DNA of 64,000 bases from Patescibacteria group bacterium. GTDB taxonomy: Bacteria; Patescibacteriota; Microgenomatia; UBA1400; CG1-02-47-37. The stretch lies in NCBI GenBank assembly GCA_034718535.1, contig JAYEMX010000064.1, positions 4,328 through 68,327 of the forward strand, read 5' to 3'. A program made the translations under genes and the position numbers. Below, one piece after another: positions 9,229 to 18,291 of the stretch (its first letter is position 1; each line of letters begins with the position of its first letter). Below the pieces are notes generated by a model. That model searched no databases. It had not been told where the DNA came from and worked only from the letters and a program-made list of their open reading frames with translations.

Positions 9229-9777
9229 TTAAACTTCAGCGGCCTTAGCGGCTTTACCTGGTTTTAATTTAACAACCTCGTCTTGATATCTGATACCTTT
9301 GCCTTTATAGGGATCGGGTTTTTTAAATTCTCTGATTTTGGCTGCAACTTGACCAACCAACTGCTTATCCGGACCCGAAATTATAATGGTTTTATTGTCT
9401 TTAAGTTCTACTTTAATCGAATCCGGAGCTTGGTAAATAATCGGATGAGAAAAACCAAGGGATAATTTGATAGCCTGGTCTTTGGTTTCAACTCTAAAAC
9501 CAGTACCTTCGAGTTTAAGAGTTTTAGAATAACCTTTAATAACTCCTTCAACCATATTAAAAAGCAGGCTTCTGACTAAACCATGAAAGGCCTTAGTTTG
9601 ATTTGTTGGTTTTTTTACGGAAACTGAGGCAATATTGTCTTTAAGAGTTACTTTGATTCCCGTCGGAATATTTTGAGTTAAAGTAACACCTTTTGAAGAA
9701 ACCGTCAAAAGCTTGTCTTTAATATCTAAAGTAACTTCTTTTGGGATAATAACTGGTTGATTGCCGATTCTAGACAT
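9229..9777 (-). CDS. rplF: 50S ribosomal protein uL6
   Basis: [22 protein letters not shown]. Confidence 0.97.
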   Translation of the reverse strand: MSRIGNQPVIIPKEVTLDIKDKLLTVSSKGVTLTQNIPTGIKVTLKDNIASVSVKKPTNQTKAFHGLVRSLLFNMVEGVIKGYSKTLKLEGTGFRVETKDQAIKLSLGFSHPIIYQAPDSIKVELKDNKTIIISGPDKQLVGQVAAKIREFKKPDPYKGKGIRYQDEVVKLKPGKAAKAAEV

Positions 9778-9778
9778 A

Positions 9779-10171
9779 TTAATTTACTTTTAAAAGAACC
9801 TCTCCTCCCAGATTATTTTTTATGGCTTGTTTAGCTTCCATAACACCCTTTGAAGTTGATAATATAACCATACCCCTACCTCTTATATAAACCGGAAGTT
9901 CTTTGATGTTAGCATAAATTCTGACTCCAGGTTTGGAAATTCTTTTTATTTGATTAATGGCTGATTTTTTGTGAATGTATTTTAGAGTAACTTTTAAGGT
10001 TTTTTGAGGAGCTTTATTTTCCAGTTTATAGTCTTTAATGTAACCTTTGTTTTTTAAAATTTTAAGAATACTTTCTTTTAGAATTGAATTGGGAATAGAA
10101 ACAGTTTTATGTTTAACTAATTTGGCATTTCTAATTCTGGTTAATAAGTCTGCAATTGGATCTGATAACAT
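9779..10171 (-). CDS. rpsH: 30S ribosomal protein uS8
   Basis: DPIADLLTRIRNA, RISKPGVRIY, STSKG, GGEVL; start adjusted to ATG 10171. Confidence 0.96.
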   Translation of the reverse strand: MLSDPIADLLTRIRNAKLVKHKTVSIPNSILKESILKILKNKGYIKDYKLENKAPQKTLKVTLKYIHKKSAINQIKRISKPGVRIYANIKELPVYIRGRGMVILSTSKGVMEAKQAIKNNLGGEVLLKVN

Positions 10172-10176
10172 AATTT

Positions 10177-10362
10177 TTACCAACTGGCTTTGGTAACTCC
10201 TGGTAATTCGCCTTTTTGGGCTAATTTTCTAAAACATAATCTACAAAGTCCAAAGTGTCTGATATAAGCTCTTGGTCGACCACAGAGCTGACAACGATTT
10301 TTTTTCCTTGAAGAAAACTTGGGTTTTCTTTTTTGTTTAGCAAAGTATTTAACTTTTGACAT
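10177..10362 (-). CDS. rpsN: 30S ribosomal protein uS14, short Zn-binding type
   Basis: [27 protein letters not shown]. Confidence 0.97.
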   Translation of the reverse strand: MSKVKYFAKQKRKPKFSSRKKNRCQLCGRPRAYIRHFGLCRLCFRKLAQKGELPGVTKASW

Positions 10363-10376
10363 ATGGTTGTTTTATA

Positions 10377-10922
10377 TTATTTTATTTTTTGAAAAGGCAT
10401 ACCGAAAAGCTCCAGTAGCCTTAAGGCAATCTTGTTATTATCGGTATTAGTAACAAAATTTATTTGCAGGCCTCGAATAGTGTCGATTGTATCATAATCG
10501 ACCTCTTGAAAGACAGTTTGATCATTTAATCCTATCGAATAGTTGCCTCGACCATCAAAAGAACTTTTGGAAACACCTTGAAAGTCTCTAACCCTTGGAA
10601 GAACAATTGATACAAATTTGTCAAAAAATTCATACATTTTTTTTCTTCTTAAAGTAACCTTAACTCCAATTGGGTCGTTTTTTCTAATTTTAAAGGCGGC
10701 TTCAGCCATTCTAGCTCTGGTAATGATGGCTTTTTGACCAGCGATAAGGCTAATATAGTCAGAGACTTTTTTGACTATACCTTTATCTCCGGCTCCTTCC
10801 TTTAAGCCAACATTAATAATAATTTTGGTAAGCCTTGGAACAGCCAAATCATTAGTTAAATTAAATTCTTTTTTTATGGTTTTGACTATTTGTTTTTGGT
10901 ATTTTTCTTTTAATCTATTCAT
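10377..10922 (-). CDS. rplE: 50S ribosomal protein uL5
   Basis: PIGVKVTLR, LPRVRDFQG, FDGRGNY. Confidence 0.97.
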   Translation of the reverse strand: MNRLKEKYQKQIVKTIKKEFNLTNDLAVPRLTKIIINVGLKEGAGDKGIVKKVSDYISLIAGQKAIITRARMAEAAFKIRKNDPIGVKVTLRRKKMYEFFDKFVSIVLPRVRDFQGVSKSSFDGRGNYSIGLNDQTVFQEVDYDTIDTIRGLQINFVTNTDNNKIALRLLELFGMPFQKIK

Positions 10923-10930
10923 AATATTGT

Positions 10931-10971
10931 TAAGGTTCGGAACTAGAACTTCGGAAAGTTCACGAACCTTA
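10931..10971. repeat. REP-like family C element, 41 bp (rplX-rplE spacer)
   Basis: taaggttcggaactagaacttcggaaagttcacgaacctta; identical at 12541 and 13608. Confidence 0.9.
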
Positions 10972-10982
10972 GGTTATATTTT

Positions 10983-11291
10983 TTATGATATATTTTGATG
11001 GCATTTTTTACAAATTCTAATTTTCTTTTTACCTTGGCCTTGATAACCCACTCTGGTAATTTTCTTACACTTTGGACAAATTAAAGCAACTTTTGAAACA
11101 TAAATCGGTTTAACCAGATCAATAATGCCACCTGGTTTTGATTCGCCTTGTGCCTTAAGGTGTTTTTTGTAGACATTGATCCCTGGAACTAAAACCATGT
11201 TTTTTTTGGGAAAGATTTTTTCAATTTTACCGGTTTTACCTTTATCTTTACCAAGAGTAACTTTGATGGTGTCGTTTACTTTTAATTTCAT
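10983..11291 (-). CDS. rplX: 50S ribosomal protein uL24
   Basis: KOW motif [31 protein letters not shown]. Confidence 0.96.
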   Translation of the reverse strand: MKLKVNDTIKVTLGKDKGKTGKIEKIFPKKNMVLVPGINVYKKHLKAQGESKPGGIIDLVKPIYVSKVALICPKCKKITRVGYQGQGKKKIRICKKCHQNIS

Positions 11292-11662
11292 AATACCTCC
11301 GGTGCCTGAGAAGCAATTTTATTATAGCCAAGTTCTTTAATTTCTCTGGCTATCGGTCCAAAAATTCTAGTACCTTTTGGTTTTTTGTTTTCAATGTTTT
11401 CTAAAATAATAGCGGCATTATCGTCAAAACGAATATAGGAACCATCTTTTCTCGCAGTTTCTTTTTTAGTTCTAACAATGACTGCTTTAACTACTTCTCC
11501 GGACTTTATTTGAGCATGGGGTTGGGATTGAATAACAGAAGCAGTAACAATATCTCCCAAATGACCAAAACGTTTTTTTGAACCACCATGGACTAAGATA
11601 ACCCGTAGTTTTTTACCTCCGGAATTATCAGCAACTTTTAAGGTTGATCTTAATTGAATCAT
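11288..11662 (-). CDS. rplN: 50S ribosomal protein uL14
   Basis: [34 protein letters not shown]. Confidence 0.97.
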   Translation of the reverse strand: MIQLRSTLKVADNSGGKKLRVILVHGGSKKRFGHLGDIVTASVIQSQPHAQIKSGEVVKAVIVRTKKETARKDGSYIRFDDNAAIILENIENKKPKGTRIFGPIAREIKELGYNKIASQAPEVL

Positions 11663-11880
11663 ATAATTTCCCAACGTTTTTTCTTACTAATCGGCTTGGA
11701 TTCTTGAATAATAACTTTATCTCCCGGTTTTAGATTAGATTTTTGATTGTGAACCAAGTAGTTTTTTCTCTTGGTGATGATTTTTTTGTAAACGGGATGA
11801 GCCCATCTTCGGATAACTTGAACTTTAGCTGTTTTTTGCATTTTGACACTGATAACAGTGGCGGTTAGTTTTTTTTTCAT
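11659..11880 (-). CDS. rpsQ: 30S ribosomal protein uS17
   Basis: [29 protein letters not shown]. Confidence 0.96.
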   Translation of the reverse strand: MKKKLTATVISVKMQKTAKVQVIRRWAHPVYKKIITKRKNYLVHNQKSNLKPGDKVIIQESKPISKKKRWEII

Positions 11881-11891
11881 AAAATAATGTG

Positions 11892-11929
11892 AAGGTTACG
11901 AACTCGAACTTCTCAAAGTTCGTAACCTT
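11892..11929. repeat. Family C variant element overlapping the rpmC 3' end
   Basis: aaggttacgaactcgaacttctcaaagttcgtaacctt; encodes [10 protein letters not shown] and the stop codon. Confidence 0.85.
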
Positions 11930-12120
11930 GATTTCTCACCCATCAAAGTTTTGATGAGAGCAATTTGATAACGGGTTTTTTTAAGAATTGAGGTGTTTTT
12001 TAAAGTATTGGTTTTTATTTTTAGTTTTTGGTCGATTAAATCTTTTTTAAACTTAAGAAGATCGGTAGTTAATTCTTTGGTAGTTTTAGCTTGAAAAGCT
12101 TTTTTATCTTTTAAATTCAT
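11896..12120 (-). CDS. rpmC: 50S ribosomal protein uL29
   Basis: Position between rplP and rpsQ; [19 protein letters not shown] helix pattern. Confidence 0.9.
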   Translation of the reverse strand: MNLKDKKAFQAKTTKELTTDLLKFKKDLIDQKLKIKTNTLKNTSILKKTRYQIALIKTLMGEKSRLRTLRSSSS

Positions 12121-12530
12121 CTTATGATTTTTTTTATAAATTTGGTTTTCATGGGTAATTTTTGAGTAGCAAGTCTAAATGATTCGCGGGCAATACTTTC
12201 CTCTACTCCGGCCAGTTCAAAAATAACCCGACCCGGTTTGATAACACAAACATAGCCTTCAATTTCTCCTTTACCTCCACCCATACGGACACCTGCGCCT
12301 TTTTTAGTATAGGTTTTATCGGGGAAAACCCTAATCCAAAGTTTTCCAGTTCTTTTAGTATAATGGGTGATGGCTTTTCTGGCGGCTTCAATTTGTCTAT
12401 TAGTCATCCAACCCCTACCTATAGCCTTTAAGCCATACTCTCCAAAAGAGATTTTTGAACCAAGACTGGCATTGCCCTTCATAGAGCCTCTAAAATGCTT
12501 GCGGTATTTCATTCTTTTTGGTTGTAACAT
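12117..12530 (-). CDS. rplP: 50S ribosomal protein uL16
   Basis: [31 protein letters not shown]. Confidence 0.97.
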   Translation of the reverse strand: MLQPKRMKYRKHFRGSMKGNASLGSKISFGEYGLKAIGRGWMTNRQIEAARKAITHYTKRTGKLWIRVFPDKTYTKKGAGVRMGGGKGEIEGYVCVIKPGRVIFELAGVEESIARESFRLATQKLPMKTKFIKKIIR

Positions 12531-12540
12531 AGTATAATGT

Positions 12541-12581
12541 TAAGGTTCGGAACTAGAACTTCGGAAAGTTCACGAACCTTA
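12541..12581. repeat. Family C element (rpsC-rplP spacer); supplies the rpsC stop codon
   Basis: Identical 41-mer; its terminal tta (12579-12581) is the rpsC TAA. Confidence 0.9.
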
Positions 12582-13235
12582 GGTTATTTCAAGTTCTCCT
12601 TTATAAACCCATACTTTGATGCCAACATAACCAAATTTGGTAAAAGCCGGTTTTTCAAAATAATCGATGTCTGCTCTGATAGTACTAAGAGGAACACTAC
12701 CTTTTGAGTATTTTTCGGTTCGACTGATTTCAGCTCCATTAATACGACCGGCCAAAGCAATTTTTATACCCTTGGCTCCACCAGTCATAGCTCTTTCCAA
12801 AGCTTGAGATACAGCTCTTCTGTGAGGATAACGTTTAGACATTTGATCGGCAATTCTCAAAGCAATTAACCTGGATGACAAATCCGGTTTCTTAACTTCA
12901 ACCACTTCCAGTTCAAATTTAGGAGCTTTTCCTTTCTTTTTATTTAATTCCAGTTTCTTAAGTAAAATCTTCTTTAACTCTTCGATTCCCGAACCGCCAC
13001 GGCCGATGACTACACCTGGTCTTGAAACATGAAGAGTAAATTTAATAGTGTTAATGGAGCGTTCGATTTTTACTTCGGTAATACCGGCAAGTTCAAGTTT
13101 TTTAAATAAAAATTTTCTTAATTGAATGTCTTCCAGTAAGAATTTTTTGTAATCTTCTTTAGTGGCAAACCAGTTACTTGACCAAGTATAAAGAGGTCCT
13201 ATTCTAAATGATTTTGGATGTACTTTTTGTCCCAT
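12579..13235 (-). CDS. rpsC: 30S ribosomal protein uS3
   Basis: MGQKVHP, RPGVVIGRGG KH motif, GRINGAEISR, VPLSTIRADID. Confidence 0.97.
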   Translation of the reverse strand: MGQKVHPKSFRIGPLYTWSSNWFATKEDYKKFLLEDIQLRKFLFKKLELAGITEVKIERSINTIKFTLHVSRPGVVIGRGGSGIEELKKILLKKLELNKKKGKAPKFELEVVEVKKPDLSSRLIALRIADQMSKRYPHRRAVSQALERAMTGGAKGIKIALAGRINGAEISRTEKYSKGSVPLSTIRADIDYFEKPAFTKFGYVGIKVWVYKGELEIT

Positions 13236-13236
13236 A

Positions 13237-13602
13237 TTATTTTTTCTCTTTAGGCTTGATAGTTTTTTTTGGTTTATTTGACTTTAAAATTACTTTTATA
13301 TGACTGGTTCTTTTAAAAATTGAGTGAGCTCGACCGCGAGAAACCGGATTCCAGCGTTTGTAAGTAGCTCCTTCGTTTACTTCAATTGATTGAATTTCAA
13401 GAGAATCTTTGTTTAAATTTAAATTATTAACAGCATTGGCAATAGCCTGTTTGATGGTTTTCAAAAGTGGCTTGGCCGCTCTTTTTCTTAAGTAAGTTAA
13501 AGTATTAACGGCTTCGGTCAGACTCATGTTTCTGACTAAATCAGCCACTAGTCTAATTTTTCTTGGGCTGGTTCTGATAAATTTTGATTCTGCTTTGATC
13601 AT
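13237..13602 (-). CDS. rplV: 50S ribosomal protein uL22
   Basis: SPRKIRLVADLVR, AIANA, RGRA..KRTSHI. Confidence 0.97.
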   Translation of the reverse strand: MIKAESKFIRTSPRKIRLVADLVRNMSLTEAVNTLTYLRKRAAKPLLKTIKQAIANAVNNLNLNKDSLEIQSIEVNEGATYKRWNPVSRGRAHSIFKRTSHIKVILKSNKPKKTIKPKEKK

Positions 13603-13607
13603 AAAGT

Positions 13608-13648
13608 TAAGGTTCGGAACTAGAACTTCGGAAAGTTCACGAACCTTA
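13608..13648. repeat. Family C element (rpsS-rplV spacer)
   Basis: Identical 41-mer to 10931 and 12541. Confidence 0.9.
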
Positions 13649-13656
13649 TGTTGTTT

Positions 13657-13941
13657 TTAAGTTTTAGTAATAGTTCTTTTAACCATTTTTCCGTGACCCC
13701 TAAAGGTACGGGTTGGAGCAAATTCTCCTAAACGATGACCAACCATGGCTTCATTAATAAAAACTTCTAAAAATTTATTGCCATTGTGAACCAGAAAAGT
13801 TTGACCGACAAAGTCTGGAGAGATTTGACTGGCTCTTGACCAGGTTTTAATAGGCTCTTTTTTGCCATCAGCTTTCATTTTAGCGATCTTTTTTAATAAT
13901 CGTTGATCTACGTATGGGCCTTTTTTATTTGATCTTGACAT
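13657..13941 (-). CDS. rpsS: 30S ribosomal protein uS19
   Basis: [26 protein letters not shown]. Confidence 0.97.
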   Translation of the reverse strand: MSRSNKKGPYVDQRLLKKIAKMKADGKKEPIKTWSRASQISPDFVGQTFLVHNGNKFLEVFINEAMVGHRLGEFAPTRTFRGHGKMVKRTITKT

Positions 13942-13949
13942 ATATTTTG

Positions 13950-13971
13950 TTAATCACTCCGGAGTGATTAA
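13950..13971. repeat. Perfect 22-bp palindrome, family D (rplB-rpsS spacer)
   Basis: ttaatcactccggagtgattaa. Confidence 0.8.
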
Positions 13972-13976
13972 AGTTT

Positions 13977-14807
13977 TTATTTTTTATTTCGTTTTTTAAT
14001 AATAAATTTATTTGAATATTTTTTCGGTTTTCTAGTTTTTTTACCAAGGGTCTTTTTACCCCAAGGGCTTAATGGTGATGGCATACCAATACCACTTCGA
14101 CCCTCTCCTCCTCCGTGGGGGTGAGAACCGGGATGTTGAGCCGTACCCCGAACAGCAGGTCTAAATCCTAAGTGGCGCTTTCTTCCAGCTTTGCCTAGTT
14201 TTATATTTTTAACATCTTGATTGCCAACCTCGCCGATTGTAGCATAACATTCCAAGGAAATTAAACGGACTTCTCCGGAAGGAAGTTTGACTATGGCTTT
14301 TTTATCTTTACCCTGAAGAATGGCGGCAGTTCCGGCCGATCTAACCATTTGACCTCCCTTACCTGGGGTAATTTCTAAATTGTGAATTAAACTTCCAACT
14401 GGAATTTTACTTAAAGGACAAGCATTTCCGGGCTTGATCGGAGCTTTTTCTCCAGAAATGATAGGTTGATTAATTTTTAGACCTTTTGGAGCCAGAATAT
14501 ATCTTTTTGCTCCGTCAATATAATGGAGTAAAGCAATGTTGGCACTTCTATTTGGATCGTATTCTATGGTAGCCACCTTAGCTTGGATATCTCTTTTATC
14601 TCTCTTAAAATCAATGACACGATATAGTCTTTTATGGCGACCACCTCGATGACGAACAGAAATTTTACCACTACTGTTTCTGCCAGCCTTGTAGTTAATT
14701 ATTTTGGTGAGGCTTTTTTGTGGTTTAGTGGTGGTGATTTCACTGCGAATAATATCTCGTCGATGACGTCTGCCCGGAGTAGTTGCTTTATAGGTTTTTA
14801 TTGCCAT
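13977..14807 (-). CDS. rplB: 50S ribosomal protein uL2
   Basis: [36 protein letters not shown]. Confidence 0.98.
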   Translation of the reverse strand: MAIKTYKATTPGRRHRRDIIRSEITTTKPQKSLTKIINYKAGRNSSGKISVRHRGGRHKRLYRVIDFKRDKRDIQAKVATIEYDPNRSANIALLHYIDGAKRYILAPKGLKINQPIISGEKAPIKPGNACPLSKIPVGSLIHNLEITPGKGGQMVRSAGTAAILQGKDKKAIVKLPSGEVRLISLECYATIGEVGNQDVKNIKLGKAGRKRHLGFRPAVRGTAQHPGSHPHGGGEGRSGIGMPSPLSPWGKKTLGKKTRKPKKYSNKFIIKKRNKK

Positions 14808-14809
14808 AT

Positions 14810-15211
14810 TTATTTACCTTGAGTCCTTTGTTCTTTTCTTTTACCCAAACCCAATGACTTTTTTTTCTTGGATTTAGATTTTGGGGTTAATTTTACAGTA
14901 GGTTTTTTAATAGTGGTTTTTTCTTCCGGCAATTTAAAATACTCAATTACTTGGCCTGGTTTTAAAGTAATAATGGCTTTTTTCTGATCTGAAGTTTTTT
15001 TAGCAATTTTACTTTTACCCGATCTTTTAACTTTACCTGCCTTTTTTACAGTCCTAACTTTGATAACATTGACCTTGAAAAGTTCTTCGACAGCATGAGC
15101 AATGGCATTTTTACCGGCTGATTTTTTAACAAAAAAAGTAAATTGGCTTTTTTTGGCAAGTTTAAAAGATTTTTCAGTGATGGATGGTTTTAAAATAATA
15201 TCAAGAGACAT
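14810..15211 (-). CDS. rplW: 50S ribosomal protein uL23 with Lys-rich C-terminal tail
   Basis: [30 protein letters not shown]; start adjusted to ATG 15211. Confidence 0.93.
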   Translation of the reverse strand: MSLDIILKPSITEKSFKLAKKSQFTFFVKKSAGKNAIAHAVEELFKVNVIKVRTVKKAGKVKRSGKSKIAKKTSDQKKAIITLKPGQVIEYFKLPEEKTTIKKPTVKLTPKSKSKKKKSLGLGKRKEQRTQGK

Positions 15212-15827
15212 GGTGTTCCTCAAAAGTTTTAAGTGATTTTTTGGTAAAGATAATTTGATTGGCATTTAAAAGATGATAGGTGTTTAGATTTTTGGCGGCG
15301 GTTAAACTAATATAAGTTAAGTTGTTAGTGGCTCTTTTTATAGATGTAAGGTTGGTAACAAGAATAATTTTTTGGGGAGATTTAAAAAGTTTGGTAAAAA
15401 TTTTATGGAATTTTTTAGTTTTGGGTTTTAGTTTTTCTAAACCGGTTATAGCCATAATTTTTTTGTCTTTTAATTGCTTAGTTAGGGCACTAAATAAGCT
15501 GGCACGTTTCATTTTCTTTGACAAAGTCAGTTTGTAATTTTGTTCACCGGTTGGCCCATGAGCTTTAGCTCCACCAACAAAAATGGGGGCATTTTTACTA
15601 CCGTGACGAGCTCGACCAGTGCCTTTTTGACGCCAAACTTTCTTTTTGGTAACTTTAATTTCTCCTCTCGACTTAGTTTTGGCAGAAGCCTGACGTTGAT
15701 TGGATAGATAAACCTTAATAGCTTGAGCCATTAAAGGTTGATTAATTTTAGCCCCAAAAATTTCTTTTTTAAGAGTAGTTTTTGTGGTTTTTTTGGTAGT
15801 GATGTTGTAGGTATTTATTGATGGCAT
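15201..15827 (-). CDS. rplD: 50S ribosomal protein uL4
   Basis: TKSRGE, WRQKGTGRARHGS, GGAKAHGP. Confidence 0.97.
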   Translation of the reverse strand: MPSINTYNITTKKTTKTTLKKEIFGAKINQPLMAQAIKVYLSNQRQASAKTKSRGEIKVTKKKVWRQKGTGRARHGSKNAPIFVGGAKAHGPTGEQNYKLTLSKKMKRASLFSALTKQLKDKKIMAITGLEKLKPKTKKFHKIFTKLFKSPQKIILVTNLTSIKRATNNLTYISLTAAKNLNTYHLLNANQIIFTKKSLKTFEEHHVS

Positions 15828-15830
15828 AGA

Positions 15831-16547
15831 TTACTGGGTATTTTTCTTTGGTTTAGGTTTATCATTTTTGGTTTTAGCCTTAGGTTTTTGATAAAGCTTG
15901 ATAGGGTTTTTTGAGTTTCCATATTTAGTGATTTTAAGTAAGGATTTAGTGTGGCCCGGAACCGTACCTTTGATGGTAAGAATATTAGTTTGATGATTAA
16001 CTTCTAAAACTTGAAGATTTTTAACTGTAACCGTATCTGTGCCAAATCTACCCGGCATTTTTTTACCCTTCCAAACACGACCCGGATCTGTTCCTGGACC
16101 AATAGAACCAATAGACCTTGGTCTGTCTGATTGTCCATGGGTTCTTGGTCCACCGGCAAAACCCCAACGCTTCATAACTCCGGCAAAACCTCTGCCTTTT
16201 GAGGTTCCGGAAATTTTGACTTTATCGTCCGGTTTTAAAGTATCCGAAACTTTAATTTGATCACCTACTTTTAAAGTTGGTTTTTCCAATACTTTAATTT
16301 CTCTGATAAATTTTGGAGGAGTTTTTAATTTAGCTTTTTTTAAGTGTTTTAAAAGCGCTTTTGATAAAGATTTTTTTGATTTTTTACCAAAAGCACATTG
16401 AACTGACCAATAACCGTCTTTTTTAAAAGATTTTATTTGAGTGACAGTTAGGGGGTTGGCCATGATTTTAGTTATTACCAAACGATTACCTTTATCATCA
16501 AAGGTTTGGGCAGTCTTTAATTTAGTGGCAAAAAATGTGTTAATCAT
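15831..16547 (-). CDS. rplC: 50S ribosomal protein uL3
   Basis: GTSKGRGFAGVMKRWGF, THGQSD, KGKKMPG, KGTVPG. Confidence 0.97.
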   Translation of the reverse strand: MINTFFATKLKTAQTFDDKGNRLVITKIMANPLTVTQIKSFKKDGYWSVQCAFGKKSKKSLSKALLKHLKKAKLKTPPKFIREIKVLEKPTLKVGDQIKVSDTLKPDDKVKISGTSKGRGFAGVMKRWGFAGGPRTHGQSDRPRSIGSIGPGTDPGRVWKGKKMPGRFGTDTVTVKNLQVLEVNHQTNILTIKGTVPGHTKSLLKITKYGNSKNPIKLYQKPKAKTKNDKPKPKKNTQ

Positions 16548-16553
16548 GGGGTT

Positions 16554-16862
16554 TTACATTCTAATTTCAATACCAACTCCGGCGGGCAGTTCCAGGTGCA
16601 TTAAACTATCTATAGTTTTGTCTGTAGAATCGATTATATCTACCAATCTTTTATGGGTAAGTAGTTGAAAGTGTTCTCTAGCATCTTTGTCCGCATGTGG
16701 GCTAGTGGTAACACAAACCAGTTTTCTTTTGGTTGGCAGAGGAATGGGTCCAATAACTTTAGCTCCGGTCGAAAGAGCGGTATCAAGTATTTTTTGGCAA
16801 CACTCATCTATGATCCTATGATCATAAGATTTTAATCTGATTCTGATTCTACCTTTTGGCAT
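16554..16862 (-). CDS. rpsJ: 30S ribosomal protein uS10
   Basis: RIRIRLKSYD, GPIPLPT, SPHADKDAREHF, LPAGV; start adjusted to ATG 16862. Confidence 0.97.
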   Translation of the reverse strand: MPKGRIRIRLKSYDHRIIDECCQKILDTALSTGAKVIGPIPLPTKRKLVCVTTSPHADKDAREHFQLLTHKRLVDIIDSTDKTIDSLMHLELPAGVGIEIRM

Positions 16863-16868
16863 AATATA

Positions 16869-16899
16869 ATAGTGACACGGTGACACATAGTGACACGGT
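16869..16899. repeat. Short direct repeat immediately upstream of rpsJ
   Basis: atagtgacacggt at 16869-16881 and 16887-16899; gtgacac occurs three times. Confidence 0.75.
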
Positions 16900-16908
16900 T
16901 TTATCAAG

Positions 16909-16936
16909 ATAAGAAGAGCCCGAAGGCTCGTCTTAT
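16909..16936 (-). terminator. Hairpin with cUUCGg loop between tuf and rpsJ (probable terminator or leader hairpin)
   Basis: Minus strand ataagac-gagcc-TTCG-ggctc-ttcttat. Confidence 0.6.
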
Positions 16937-16954
16937 TCAAATTTTTAATTATGT

Positions 16955-16996
16955 TAAGGTTCGGAACTTTTGAACACCTAAGAGTTCACGAACCTT
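16955..16996. repeat. Family C element (tuf-rpsJ spacer), different loop
   Basis: taaggttcggaact..agttcacgaacctt arms as in the 41-mer. Confidence 0.85.
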
Positions 16997-17005
16997 GGTT
17001 TATAT

Positions 17006-18184
17006 TTATTTTAAGATCTTGGTAATAACACCGGCTCCGACAGTAAGTCCACCTTCACGAATAGCAAAGCGAAGACCTTCTTCTAAAGCAACTGGTTGAA
17101 TGAGTTTAGCGGTCATTTTAGCGCTGTCACCAGGCATAACCATTTCAACTCCCTTTGGTAAAATAACATCTCCGGTTACATCAGTAGTTCTGATATAAAA
17201 CTGAGGTTTGTATCCAGTAAAAAACGGAGTGTGGCGCCCACCTTCTTCTTTTGAAAGAATATAAATTTCCGCTTCAAACTCAGTAAAGGCTTTAACTGAA
17301 CCCGGTTTAGACAAAACCTGGCCCCTTTCAACGTCATCTTTTTCGACTCCGCGAAGAAGAATACCAACATTGTCACCAGCTTGACCATCTTCGAGTTGTT
17401 TTCTAAACATCTCGACTCCAGTAACAGTGGTTTTTTTAACCTTTTTTAAACCAATAATTTCGATTTCTTCACCGACTTTAATTTTACCCCTATCGATTCT
17501 ACCGGTAACGACTGTGCCTCTGCCTTTAATAGAAAAGACATCTTCAATCGCCATTAAAAAGGGTTTATCCAAATCTCTTTTTGGATCAGGAATATATTCA
17601 TCTAAAGCTTTCATGAGCTCTTCAATGGGTTTCTCAGCCTCGGCATCACCTTTCAAGGCTTTTAAGGCGCTACCTTTGATTATAGGAACATCTTTGCCTG
17701 GAAATTCGTATTTGGTTAAAAGTTCTCTGATTTCTTCTTCAACCAAATCAATCATTTCTTTGTCGTCTACCATGTCAACTTTGTTAAGGAAAACTACTAA
17801 AGCTGGAACATTAACTTGTTTGGCTAAAAGTAAATGTTCTCTGGTTTGAGGCATGGGGCCATCAGTAGCAGCGACGACTAAAATAGCACCGTCCATTTGA
17901 GCGGCACCGGTAATCATATTTTTAATGTAGTCTTTATGTCCCGGGCAATCGATATGAGCATAATGACGCTTATCTGTTTCATACTCTAAGTGAGAAATAG
18001 AAATGGTAATACCACGCTCTTTTTCTTCCGGAGAGTTATCAATCTCGTCAAATTTCATAGCATCTGCCATGTTCTTCTTTGCCAAATATTGAGTAATTGC
18101 GGCAGACAAAGTTGTCTTACCGTGATCGACATGACCAATGGTCCCGACGTTAAGATGGGGTTTGGTCCTTTTAAATGTTGCCAT
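17006..18184 (-). CDS. tuf: Elongation factor Tu
   Basis: [30 protein letters not shown]. Confidence 0.99.
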   Translation of the reverse strand: MATFKRTKPHLNVGTIGHVDHGKTTLSAAITQYLAKKNMADAMKFDEIDNSPEEKERGITISISHLEYETDKRHYAHIDCPGHKDYIKNMITGAAQMDGAILVVAATDGPMPQTREHLLLAKQVNVPALVVFLNKVDMVDDKEMIDLVEEEIRELLTKYEFPGKDVPIIKGSALKALKGDAEAEKPIEELMKALDEYIPDPKRDLDKPFLMAIEDVFSIKGRGTVVTGRIDRGKIKVGEEIEIIGLKKVKKTTVTGVEMFRKQLEDGQAGDNVGILLRGVEKDDVERGQVLSKPGSVKAFTEFEAEIYILSKEEGGRHTPFFTGYKPQFYIRTTDVTGDVILPKGVEMVMPGDSAKMTAKLIQPVALEEGLRFAIREGGLTVGAGVITKILK

Positions 18185-18248
18185 ACGGCCTCCTTTTTGT
18201 TTAATAGCTAGTTATTTATTCCTAGCAGTTTATATTTTAGCATAAAGT

Positions 18249-18283
18249 TAAGATTCCGAACACTGTTAGGTTGCGGAACCTTA
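18249..18283. repeat. Degenerate family C element (fusA-tuf spacer)
   Basis: taagattccgaac..gttgcggaacctta, with the same flanks (ataaagt / tgtt) as the 13608 copy. Confidence 0.7.
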
Positions 18284-18291
18284 TGTTATTT

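Noticed and set aside
10931-13648. Three identical 41-bp repeats as a CRISPR array
   Set aside because: They are separated by 1-1.6 kb of ribosomal protein genes rather than 30-40 nt spacers, and no cas genes are present.
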